Below are positions 11,601 through 22,074 of a stretch of DNA of 64,000 bases, piece after piece. The notes under the pieces are model-generated. The model did not search any database. It saw only the letters and a program-made list of their open reading frames with translations, and was not told where the DNA came from. Location of the stretch: assembly GCA_030704615.1 (NCBI GenBank), contig CM060731.1:31806001-31870000 (forward strand). The letters are read 5' to 3'. Each line of letters opens with the position of its first letter. Positions within the stretch are counted from its first letter, which is position 1. This DNA comes from Takakia lepidozioides (taxonomy: Eukaryota; Plantae; Bryophyta). The position numbers and the translations under genes were made by a program.

Positions 11601-13956
11601 AAGAGGATTTAACATGCGTGTACTGTTTTCAACCTGTCTAATGTGAGTTCTGGTTACAAATTTCATGGGAACAGATACTGAGGTCACTTCCACTAAGTCT
11701 CATGCGGTTGTCAGGCAACCCTATTGTTTCTAGTACTCGGAACTATCGAAAGCAGACCGTGACGGCCATGCCCACGGTAGCACTCATGTCTTTTGAGTAT
11801 CCTTCCATTTTTATCAGTACACTAGAGGGAGACCATGTGATGGCAGGGCCTTGGGCTATGCATGTTCACTCAAAAGTTTTCAGTACCCTGTTTTCTGTAC
11901 TATGGTTGATGGTAAATCTAGTTCCTCTAATACAGAAATGGTTGATCAGCTGCAATACTTGGATGAGAGTCCTGTTTTTGAAAAAGAGAAACGTTTAGCA
12001 GCTGCCTGGACTGATGGTGGGCTTGAGGTTAGAACCCATCACATTTCCTATAACTTCACAATCGCGTCATTCTAGCATTTAGTTTCATTTCGAAATTTTG
12101 GATAGAGTTTGTGTGAGGCCTGTTTACAAGAGAGGAGCACCTCCTATGACACAAACTTTGTCCAGTATCACTGGGCTTAGTATCCTCGGACTGAAACCTT
12201 GAGAGGATATGTCATAGCTAGCCAATGTTACTGTATAAAATTCAATTAGTACATGTTTGCTCCTTACACATGAGCTTGGAGCTTTGGCAGGGTTTAGTTC
12301 TTGCAGGTTAGTTATAGGCAAGCATATCCTCTGAATGCAGTTCCTCTCTCCTCCTCATGCCTGGAGTGTCTCTTCCCTCTCACCCTAAACCATTGGGGAC
12401 TTTGGTAGTATATTTGAATGCATCATGATTGATGACTTCCTTTCTGGGGTCAAATTCAATACCTCTCAGACCAGGATGACGACTGGGTTTTGTGTGTGCA
12501 GAGTGAGAAGGACATGCGAGACATAATCTCTAAGGAAGAGGCTGCTACGCGTGAAAGACACCGCAAAGGCAAGTCCTTGCGTCATTCTGAAAGAGTCAAT
12601 GTATCTTTCATTCTTTCTGTGTGGATGTAATAGTTTTCTCTTCTTCTCTAGCTCTTGATGACATTGTGGCTTTTCTCATTGAGTCCACCATTGTCACATG
12701 GGCCCTATCCGTGCCGGCATTTACTTCAGAATCAAATGCCCCAGTGGGATGGGCATGGATATTCTACAAAAGAGTATGCAGGGATGTACTTGTAATTTCA
12801 ATGCATGTGGTAAGGAACATGATGTGTGCAGAAATCAATCACTGATTTTTGGGGTGCTGCAGCCTTTGATGATATGATAGTAAAAGCGAAAAAAGACCAT
12901 GCAGAAAAGATTAAGCAAGAACAAGATGTGGCCATAATACTGGAACAAGAAAGACTAGAAGCGGAGAGGCGAGAGCTTGAAGTGAAGGAGCTGGGCAAGG
13001 CATCCTTAGCCTCAGGGAGTGAGAGCCATCCAGTAGCAATATTTCCGACTCACGAACTGATACCAAGATCAAACAAAGAAGCCAAGAAAAGAGGGGCTAG
13101 CACACTCGACCTTGGTGATCAAGTTGATGAATCCCCTCAAAAATTGCTGAAGCCTACAACTGCCCCCTGTGATGAAATGGAAGTGGAGGCTGCTGTGTGT
13201 GCCGCTGCCAGAGACTTCATGGACTTGGATTGTAGTGACGCTGAGGCAGGGGCTAAGTCCGATCACAAAGAAAGTTCTACGTTTTGTGATGGGAACAATG
13301 TTGCTGAGAGGTTTCTGACAGCCATTGATGCACATCAGGGTAACATGCACCTGGATCATGTTATTGCAAGTTCAGATGATATCCGTGCGAGAGTTCTTCA
13401 GCACATTGAGCGGTCACAAATCCCCTCTAATTCAGAAGTGCCCTTTCAGCCATTGAACGCGATCTTGCTGGAAGATGATGCCAACCTGATGGGGCCAAGT
13501 TATCTCCAGACACCTAATCATCAGGATATTATAGAGGAAGATACTGAGAGCCCACGGCCTCCAATGAGGTCTGCAGAACAGCTACTGGAGTGGGCTGTAA
13601 AGGAGAGAGAATTCAAGCGAGATCTTCAGGAGCGAGTGCTTCGAAAGGCGGCAGCAGATGCTGACAAGCGCCTCCTGAGCAACTCTGAGATGGCTGGGGA
13701 GGATGAATCTGGTATGCAAACTGCGAGACCCATAATCTGGGGTACCGCAATCTATCAAGATCTGTGGGTCAAAGCTGCTAGCATTGGTGAAGATATTGAA
13801 CTGGAGCTCACTGCCGCAAGTTCCCCCATCTCCATTTCCGAGGAGGTAGACTATACCCTCCTTCCCTGTGATGAGGGTGAAGATGGAGGCCTCCCTGATC
13901 AATCTCTTGAGCAAATTTCAATGATGGAAAGTTCATCTGTTCTGATGTCATCCTAG
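8697..13956 (+). CDS. DNAAF1: Dynein axonemal assembly factor 1 (ODA7/LRRC50) LRR protein, 11 exons, about 606 aa
   Basis: Exons 8697-8761, 9327-9375, 9585-9651, 9806-9867, 10118-10189, 10587-10685, 11139-11204, 11675-11776, 11950-12027, 12502-12568 and 12863-13956 join in frame. MTPESLKKLC, LNDVIHLHQKG, SDS22-type LRRs, LSGNPIVSSTRNYRK and LQYLDESPVFEKEKRLAAAW match ODA7. Confidence 0.88.
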
Positions 13957-14276
13957 CAGATCCAAGAAAAATGAAAATCAGAGGATTGAATAGCACTATT
14001 GAGCATGGAGTGTGAAATCTGGCAATTATTAGTATCACCTCTGTGAGAAGTCATATTTCACATCTTTTCAATATACCTTGGCTAAGCAATTTCAAACTGG
14101 TATGTCAAGTTAATCTGAATTGATCATATACTCCACACTATTAACCACTGCTGGGTATATGACACAGCCTCATCTGATGATGTCATTTATAAGAACTTGT
14201 GTTGGGCGAGCTGGCCATGTCTCCAGTGTTTAGATTGAATGAGTTAAAGTGCATGACCAAACTTGCGGTACCTCTC

Positions 14277-16219
14277 ATCTGGAAGACTGAAATGATCCCC
14301 TTTCGCTGGCGACAGGGGGTCATTGTCAATCTATACAAGAAGGGTGACAGAGAAGAACCGGGGAACTACCGTGGCATCACGCTCCTCAATGCTGTTGGCA
14401 AGACATTCTGCAGAGTTATAAGTTCTCGTCTCGAGGTTGATCTGGAGTCTAGAGGTTGTTTCCACGAAGGCCAAGCTGGCTTTCGGCGAAACAGGGGCTG
14501 TGTGGATCATATCTTCACTCTAAGCCAGATTATCCAGGGAAGGAAAAAAGAAGGGAAACCCACTTATGTCTTTTTCCTGGATGTCAAAAAGGCTTATGAC
14601 ACAGTGTGGAGAGATGGCCTATGGTTCCGCCTCTGGTCTTGTGGGATCAAGGGAAAGATGTGGAGAGTTGTCCACAACTTGTATGCTCACACCAAAAGCT
14701 GTGTCACTGTTAACGGACAGAAGTCCAACTTCTTTGACATAGACCAAGGTGTAGCTCAAGGATGTACTCTCACCCTCTGCTCTTCAATGTTTTCATCAAT
14801 CAACTCCTCGAGGATGTGGAAAGTGAGGGATTTGGGTTAAGGGTGGGTGATACCACCATACCAGCCCTTATGTTTGCGGATGACTTCGCAGGCATAGGGG
14901 AGACTCCAACCAATCTCCAGGAGTTGATTGATTGCGCGAAGAGATACTTTGATCTTTGGGGGCTAGAGGCTAATGTCAGCAAATGTGCAGTGGTAGCATT
15001 CAACGACAGAGGAGAGGGAGGAAGTGATCTTAAGTGGCAGTGGGGTAGCCAAGAGATCCCAGTCCTCCCTTCCTACACTTACCTGGGCGTTGAGTTCTCC
15101 TCCAATTGTAATTGGGATGCACATATCCGGAAAGTTGTTCAAACTGGCAAGGGCAAAGCTCTGGGGCTCACTAAATTTTTCCTCTGCAGAGGGGTCAACT
15201 CTGAGGTTAAGAACACCCTGCTTTGTCGCGTTATTAGACCTGCCTTGGAGTACGGATCTGCTATATGGGTTGATAACTCCAACCAGGCTAAGTCTCTAGA
15301 ATCCATTCAAGTGGGGGTGCTTAAGGAGTGTATGTCAGCATGCTCCAAAACAGCCAATGTGGCTGTTCGGGGTGAGTTTGGCATTCTGTCCTTAAGCTCC
15401 CGACGAGATGAATTCAAGGTCAGATGGTGGGGTCAGCTGCAACATATGCCCAACACCAGATATCCTAAGTTAATCGACTCTATATCTTGGAAACAGGACC
15501 ACCCTGTCAAACAGGCTAAGTCCTGGCAGAAGAGAGTAGAAGAGATCCTCAAGGACCTGGACCTGGATCCGCAAGTCTTGACCCTGCTGGATAAATCTGA
15601 CTTAGAGGCTGTAGTGTCCTCAGCCGAGATTGTCTGATGAAAATGAAGTTAGGCAGAAAACTTCCCTGAACTTGTTTCCAGTCAGTGACATGGGGGAGGA
15701 CATCTTGGATGACCTCAAGGGTCTACCCACTCTCGGCACTAGACTGAAATTTAAACTCAGGGCAGGAAGCCTACCTTTGAACAGCAAACAGAAGCAGAGA
15801 GGAAAGGGAGAGTGCAATTGCCCGTTGTGTGGGCAATCTGAAGACAGTATTCATTTTCTGATACACTGTCCGGGGTTCTCTCACCAAAGAGACGCTCTCT
15901 TCAAATCTATTAAGGGAATTGTGCCTGTACCCCTGTTTACCAACTTTGAAAGTCTTGAGGCTGAGCCAAAAGCCCAGGCCCTCCTGAGGCCTAGTTTTTG
16001 GGCAAATCACACACAGCAGATTGATGCTTGTGTGAAGGGATTTCTAGAGGATATCTGGAAAACCCGGATTAATTCTATATATGGAGGTAAGTCTTACTAC
16101 CAACGTCAGCCCCTGACAGAGGTAGGTTCTGTCCCTTTTGTTCCTGCTCAAACTGGGCGCGGGGTCAAAGGCCACAAGGCTACGGCAAACAACGTCTTAT
16201 GAGTACAATCTTTTCTCTT
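14277..16219 (+). mobile_element. 5'-truncated non-LTR retrotransposon (LINE): RT domain plus C-terminal CCHC zinc finger, frameshifted
   Basis: NYRGITLL, QAGFR, FLDVKKAYD, GVAQGC, FADD, YLGV and CPLC-x7-H-x4-C. Frame changes near 14770 and 15630. Ends ...ttatgagtacaatcttttctc with no poly(A). Confidence 0.93.
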
Positions 16220-16249
16220 CAGTTCAGAACGTCTGTTAGAGGTTAGGCC

Positions 16250-16707
16250 GCATCCCCTTCCCCTTGCAGTATTGTCTTGCTTTGGAGGCTCTCTACAGAA
16301 TAGTGCAGGCAGGTGATTTAGTTCCACAGACATGCTGGCAGGCTTGCACTAACCACAGACATTGACTTTCACCTTGTGAGCACTTCCTTTTATGGAAGAC
16401 TGGTTCTCCTATGTGACACGTTTTGCAAGGGGATAAAGGAACACGGTAGTTTTACTGTGTGAGACTTGAAATGCAACATCGCCCCTGTTCTTGGAGCAAA
16501 CTTTGAGGATTGGGAACATACTGATCTGCAAGCAGAAAGGTGTCAGACACACAATATCAGTTAGTTCCCTGGGCATTTGTACCACTTCATTGTACAGATA
16601 ATTTTGAGCTCAGCATGGAGTCCTTTGATTTGTGTATTTAATTTGTCTTGTACAATGAATGTATTGAACAGTTGTCAATTCAATGCGGCTGTCCACTGGC
16701 TCCTTTC
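16250..16707 (-). pseudogene. Decayed E+/DYW-domain remnant downstream of the PPR stop
   Basis: Out-of-frame pieces RGVGKEPVDSRIE (PG box), NTFIVQDK..LHAELK (E+), YVPN..LLQ, an HS dipeptide and VCG*C (CxxC-like) occur in the expected order. Confidence 0.6.
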
Positions 16708-18822
16708 CTACACCTCTCCCTCCATTATTTTTCTCACCCTTGCCTTGTCGTCCCACCTGCCAGCCACAGCATATATATCTGATAGCAGCAGCACACAAGG
16801 TGCGGCATGCTGTGGATCCCACTTAAGAATGTAATTTGCTGCACGTTCTGCTACCTCCACGACACCGTGCATTCTGCATGCACCAAGCAAAGCCCCCCAT
16901 ACGCCAGCATCTGGTTCAATTGGCATTTTGTTTATGAAGTCCTCCGCCTCATCCAATTGCCCGGCCCGGCCAAGAAGGTCCACAACGCAGCCAAAATGCT
17001 CCACAGTAGGAGTTAGACCATGATCTCGAGTCATGGAAACAAAGTATCGATAACCTTCATCCACTAAGCCAACATGGCTACATGCAGAAAGAAGAGAAGT
17101 AAAAGTGACCTTGTTCGGTTTCAAACCCTCCTGCTGCATCTGTTCAAATAGTTGCAGGGCCTCCCTGCCACATCCATGCTGGGCACATCCGGCAATCATA
17201 GCGTTCCATGAGACGGAATCTCGTTTTGACATATTGTTGAACACTTGACGTGCATCCTTCATGCTCCCGCATCTGGCATACATGTCAGTAAGGGCAGTGT
17301 CAAGAATAATATTTGGAGCGATTCCAGCTTTGATGATGTGAGAATGGACCTCTTTGCCCTTCTCCAGGATTCCTAGGATAGAACAGGCATTGAGAGCACA
17401 AGTGAATGTCACCCTATTCGGTTTCACCCCTTCCTGTTGCATCTGTTGATACATCTCGAAAGCCTCCCCACCAAACCCATGCAGGGTATATCCTGCAATC
17501 ATTGTGCTCCATGAGACCACATCACCTTTAGGCATATTGTTGAACACTTGACGTGCATCCTTCATGCTCCCGCATTTGGCATACATGTCAACAAGGGCAT
17601 TCTCCAGAGTCGTATCCAGCACAATTCCAGCTTCCATGATGTCAGCGTGCACGTCTTGGCCATGTTCCAGGGCCCCTAGGCTGGCACACGCATTGAGAAT
17701 GCAAATGAATGTGACCCTGTCAGGCATAACCCCTTCCTGCTGCATTTGCTGATAGATCTCAAAAGCCTCCCTACCATGCCCAGCCTGAGCATATCCTGCA
17801 ATCATTACACTCCATGAGACCACATCTTTTTTAGCCATAAGGTCGAAAGCTTTATGCGCATCCTTCAAGCTCCCGCATTTCGCGTACATGTCAACTAGGG
17901 TGTTTTCCAATTCTATGTGTGGCGCAATGCCAGATTTGATGAAGTCAGCATGTACCTCTTTGCCCTTATCCAGGGCTCCTAGGCTGGCGCACGCATTTAG
18001 CACACAAATGAAGGTGACTTTGTCGGGTATCACCCCTTCCAGTTGCATTTCTTCATATATCTCCAAAGCCTGCTTACCACACCCATGCTGCTGCGTGTGT
18101 CCAGCTATCATGGCATTCCATGATACCACATTTCGTTGAACCATATTGTCAAATACTTGAAGGGCATCCTTCATGCTCCCACATTTAGCATACATGTCGA
18201 CAAGGGTATTCTCCAGATTTATATATGGCTCAATCCCAGCTTTTATGATGTCAGCATGGACCTCCTTGCCCTTTTCCAGGGCTCCTAGGCTGGTACATGC
18301 ATTGAGAACGCAAATAAATGTGACACTGTTGGGGGTCACCCCCGCCTCTTGCATTTGCTTATACATCTTGAAAGCCTCCCTACCGAACCCACACTTGGCA
18401 TATCCTGTAATCATTATTGTCCATGTAAACGTATCTCGTTGAGGCATTTTGGCAAACACTTGGCATGCATCCACCAAGCTCCCACACTTGGCATACATAT
18501 TAACCAAAGCATTGAGCAGAAAGATGTTTGGCTTGAGTCTGCTTCGAATAATGTGGGCGTGCACCTGTTTTCCCTCTGCTAGGCCTTTCATGTTAATGCA
18601 CTCCTGCAAGACACAGATATAAGTATTGGAGTCTGCCCAATTGCTTCCTTGGCTCAAAATTTGCAGTGCTTCTTTCAGTCGTCCAGCTTTACACAGTGTC
18701 CTCACATCCTTCTTGTTGACTCCCTCACTTGGTCTTCTTTCAGAAGCAGGGACTGTGGAGGTGCTACGCCTGCTGCTACATTGATATCCAGCAGACAGCT
18801 GTGCCTCATTCAAGCCCTCCAT
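16708..18822 (-). CDS. PLS-class pentatricopeptide repeat protein ending at the E domain (organellar RNA editing factor family)
   Basis: 704-aa ORF with repeated P-L-S triplets (ALVDMYAKCGS; VSWxxMIAG; PxxVTFxCxLNAC), then CVVDLLGRAG and WGALLGAC. An acceptor AG lies just before the ATG, and a phase-compatible upstream exon ending at 19022 is possible. Confidence 0.93.
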   Translation of the reverse strand: MEGLNEAQLSAGYQCSSRRSTSTVPASERRPSEGVNKKDVRTLCKAGRLKEALQILSQGSNWADSNTYICVLQECINMKGLAEGKQVHAHIIRSRLKPNIFLLNALVNMYAKCGSLVDACQVFAKMPQRDTFTWTIMITGYAKCGFGREAFKMYKQMQEAGVTPNSVTFICVLNACTSLGALEKGKEVHADIIKAGIEPYINLENTLVDMYAKCGSMKDALQVFDNMVQRNVVSWNAMIAGHTQQHGCGKQALEIYEEMQLEGVIPDKVTFICVLNACASLGALDKGKEVHADFIKSGIAPHIELENTLVDMYAKCGSLKDAHKAFDLMAKKDVVSWSVMIAGYAQAGHGREAFEIYQQMQQEGVMPDRVTFICILNACASLGALEHGQDVHADIMEAGIVLDTTLENALVDMYAKCGSMKDARQVFNNMPKGDVVSWSTMIAGYTLHGFGGEAFEMYQQMQQEGVKPNRVTFTCALNACSILGILEKGKEVHSHIIKAGIAPNIILDTALTDMYARCGSMKDARQVFNNMSKRDSVSWNAMIAGCAQHGCGREALQLFEQMQQEGLKPNKVTFTSLLSACSHVGLVDEGYRYFVSMTRDHGLTPTVEHFGCVVDLLGRAGQLDEAEDFINKMPIEPDAGVWGALLGACRMHGVVEVAERAANYILKWDPQHAAPCVLLLSDIYAVAGRWDDKARVRKIMEGEV

Positions 18823-20940
18823 CCTGCAAGAGTCCTGATTCTTAGTTTCAGCACAAAAACTATATCTGCATGCTCTTAGATACGTCGAAGAAAGATATCA
18901 GAATACGGGCAGGTTTCTGATTTTAAAAGAGTTGCAAAAGTACTGCAAGTCATCTACTTTGAGATGACTTGTATCAATTGAGTATGTTTTGGGAACCCTT
19001 GAATGCTTATCAGAACATTACCCATTGTATGCTTGGCCTGGACTTCCAGGGTATAATTCGGAAGTTACACAATCATCATATTTTCCTAGAATTTGAATCA
19101 TAGCAGCAAGCTCTTCTTTCACCCATCGAATCGTGCACTTATGTCTGAAGTCTGGTAATCTTGGACTTTTCTGTGAAACAGAGTGCGGGCAGCTGAGTAC
19201 CCACAATTTGAGCCCCACATAAAAACCAGGCTACTATCACCAAGCATCTTTCAAACGACTGGAATCAACTTTGACCAATGCTACTACTGAGGAAGATAAA
19301 GCTACTGATAGCAACATAACCGTTCTCTTTCCCTGCCGAAAAGCAAAGTTGTCATTGTTCTATGTACACTCTAGTCCACCAATGCACAGATTCAATTGTG
19401 CGCCCTCCTTGACAAACTCTTTTAGGTCCTACACGAAGATGCCCTCACCTTCTCAGACATGTTGCCGCACCACTGTAAAGGACCTGAGAGGAACTCCTCC
19501 CAGAGCCATTCTATGCTCATAGCTATACCTGCATACACATAGCTGCATAAACATGAGAACTTTGCCAGTTGTTGATCTGCTCACTGTATATTGAGGAGTA
19601 CGATTGTAGCTGTTGATTTGAATTCTGCAAGTTACCCTGCGTTATTTCTCTGTGTCACGCATAGAAAGAACATACACACATACCAATTACATATGTTGAA
19701 GAAGATACTGAAGAAGCTTGCGGTGGTCAAGACCACCCTTCAAGCCAGGCTGATTGTGGGTGCTACTCACGTTCCGCCACAGCTCGTGCTTGACCAGACT
19801 GTGTCCTTCGACCACAATCTGTCATCCTACTAGAATCTGGACTTCCATCTTGAAATGGCGACAGGGCTCCGACATTCACACCACAATTAGAGCCATAACC
19901 TGATATCCATCCGCCATCCCATTGTGCTCGACCTTCTGCCCTCGTCAGTACTTCTGCTCTTACCCACGGCATCGCCAAGTTGGGTACCCAAATGGACATC
20001 CAATCTCTGCTACACGGCCTGAGCCCACCCGCCCTCTCCGCGCAAGGAGATGCCAGTGCCTTGGGTATGACCTCCCCCCCCGCGCGCAGGAGGCCTCCAG
20101 AGCATGCTGCCATCCTTGTGCCTGTGATGCAAGGACGAAGCTGGCAGCAACGGTTGAGCAACAAGGACTGAAGCACCAGTTCAAAGCTTTCAATGGGTGG
20201 CACCCTTGGTCACATATCAAAAACACCTTCAACTCATTTTTAATGCGCAGACCAACTAAATTGCACGTTTTTGGTATGTGACCAATTGAATTGCAACGCA
20301 TTGCAAATCATCTCGCCCTTTTGCTCATAAGAAACTAGTCACTTCAAGTGGAGCTTTCCTTCTCTCGAGTCCACTGAACTTGTAGACACCACACGCAGCG
20401 TTGGTGATGATCAAAGCTTTCCAGTGCAGCAGTTGCAAGCACGGCGGATCAAGTGCGGTGATTCACATCTAGAGAAGGGTCGTCTAGGGCTGCGGAGGGA
20501 GAAAGATGGATGGCGACACCACGTAGTGGTACAGTAGATTCCTTCGCGTTTGCCGCACTGTCGCAATTCAGTTACACATGTCTACTTCACTTGCCTAACA
20601 CCACTCCACTTCACTTGCGTATTTCAACGAGCTGTCGACACGAGTTCCAACTCACTCTCATTGGGATTTTAGGGTTTCTATGGACAGACTACACTATACA
20701 CAGCACGGCTGCAAACAGTAGGTGAAAGGGAAGTGGGTGGCTAGCAAAGAAGGTTCAAGTACCAGAATAGCAATGCAGTTTTGATAGCAAATACCAACAG
20801 TAGTTGGGCTCATGGCTGTGAATCGTCAGAGGCTCAAGGCTGAGTCTTTCTTCCCCCTAATTTGTCCCCCGAGCTCCGTGAAGGTTAGGATCACAAGAAC
20901 ACAATTGGAGAGGTTTTGTCACCGAAACCACCTCGGCAAT

Positions 20941-22074
20941 ATGGAGGAGGAGATTTGGAGCATGCTTCCTTTCGAGTTAGTGATGGTAGTGTTGGCCCTT
21001 TTGCCATATCGAAGTCTTGTCCGCTTTAAGTCGGTTTGCAAGTTTGTGGAATTCCCTCCCATCTACTGCCAGTTTCCAACAACTCTGTCAGCAGCTCCCT
21101 CTTCACGAAGAATCCTACGTCTGGTCTTTAAGCAGATACGTACTAAGCCCAGATGTTTTCATGTTGTATGCCCCCACAACTCCACGGTGGCACAGGATCG
21201 ACCTCAAATTCCTCTAGGATATATCGGATATATCACCATGCAGAGCTCGTGCTGCAGATGGCTTATTTTGCCTAACGGACGAGCGCAATGAGGGCGATCA
21301 TGACGTGGTTTGTGTATAATCCTCTCCTGAACACTATCAGACAATTGCCTGCCCTGCCTCACAATCCATCACGTTTCGACGTGTCAGGAGTACATTTGAT
21401 TGTGGATAGATGCACCAAGAGCCACAAGGTCATTGTGGTATCATTCGAGGATCGCGACAATGACAGTATACTTTGGAGAATACACATCTATGACTCAATT
21501 CGCGAGTGTTGGACCGAGACTGGAAAGATGGCAACAGTTGGTGATCGGGACTGGTGTTCAACAAGTGTGACATGTGGCCCTATTCTCTTCGCTCTACTTC
21601 ATGGACCAGAGCTGCCTCGCGTCTTGATGGCTTGTAACATTGGTGGACTAAAGTTGCTATACAGATGCCTGATTTTTGTGGAGGCAATGATTATAGTTTT
21701 GAAGGTCCAGTCCTTGTAGAGAGTGGGGGCCGCCTATTGCTTGTTGAGAATCTTGATCATGCAGCCCCACCCATCATGTGCGTGTGGGAGTTCAAAATTT
21801 CTGCAACGACTGATGCAGAGTGGGTGGAGATTGCAAGTAGTTGGGCCCTCTACTATTTCAAAGTGGTGAGCAACGACAATCTCATATTCTTCTGGGGCAT
21901 TTTCCCCCCCAGCAAAATGTTTCTAGAGTTGAACAAGTAGTTGTGACGCATGACATGAAGCAAAACACATGGACATCCCATCAGGAATTCTTTCCACTTG
22001 AATTGGCAATGACTCCTTGGCAGGATGACATCAGTGTGGCTAGCGGGGGTCTTAGTTTAGGTGCAAAAGTCTAG
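20941..22074 (+). pseudogene. F-box (kelch-associated type) pseudogene
   Basis: IWSMLPFELVMVVLALLPYRSLVRFKSVCK F-box, followed by VYNPL..RQLP, KVIVV, IYDS...W and LVESGGRLLLV spread over several frames, with an in-frame TAG at 21215-21217. Confidence 0.82.

Noticed and set aside
15630-15665. ctgatga...gaaa resembling a hammerhead core
   Set aside because: No stem II or flanking stems; lies inside LINE coding sequence.
19270-20300. Coding-like and GC-rich segments upstream of the PPR gene
   Set aside because: Multiple stops and no family recognised.
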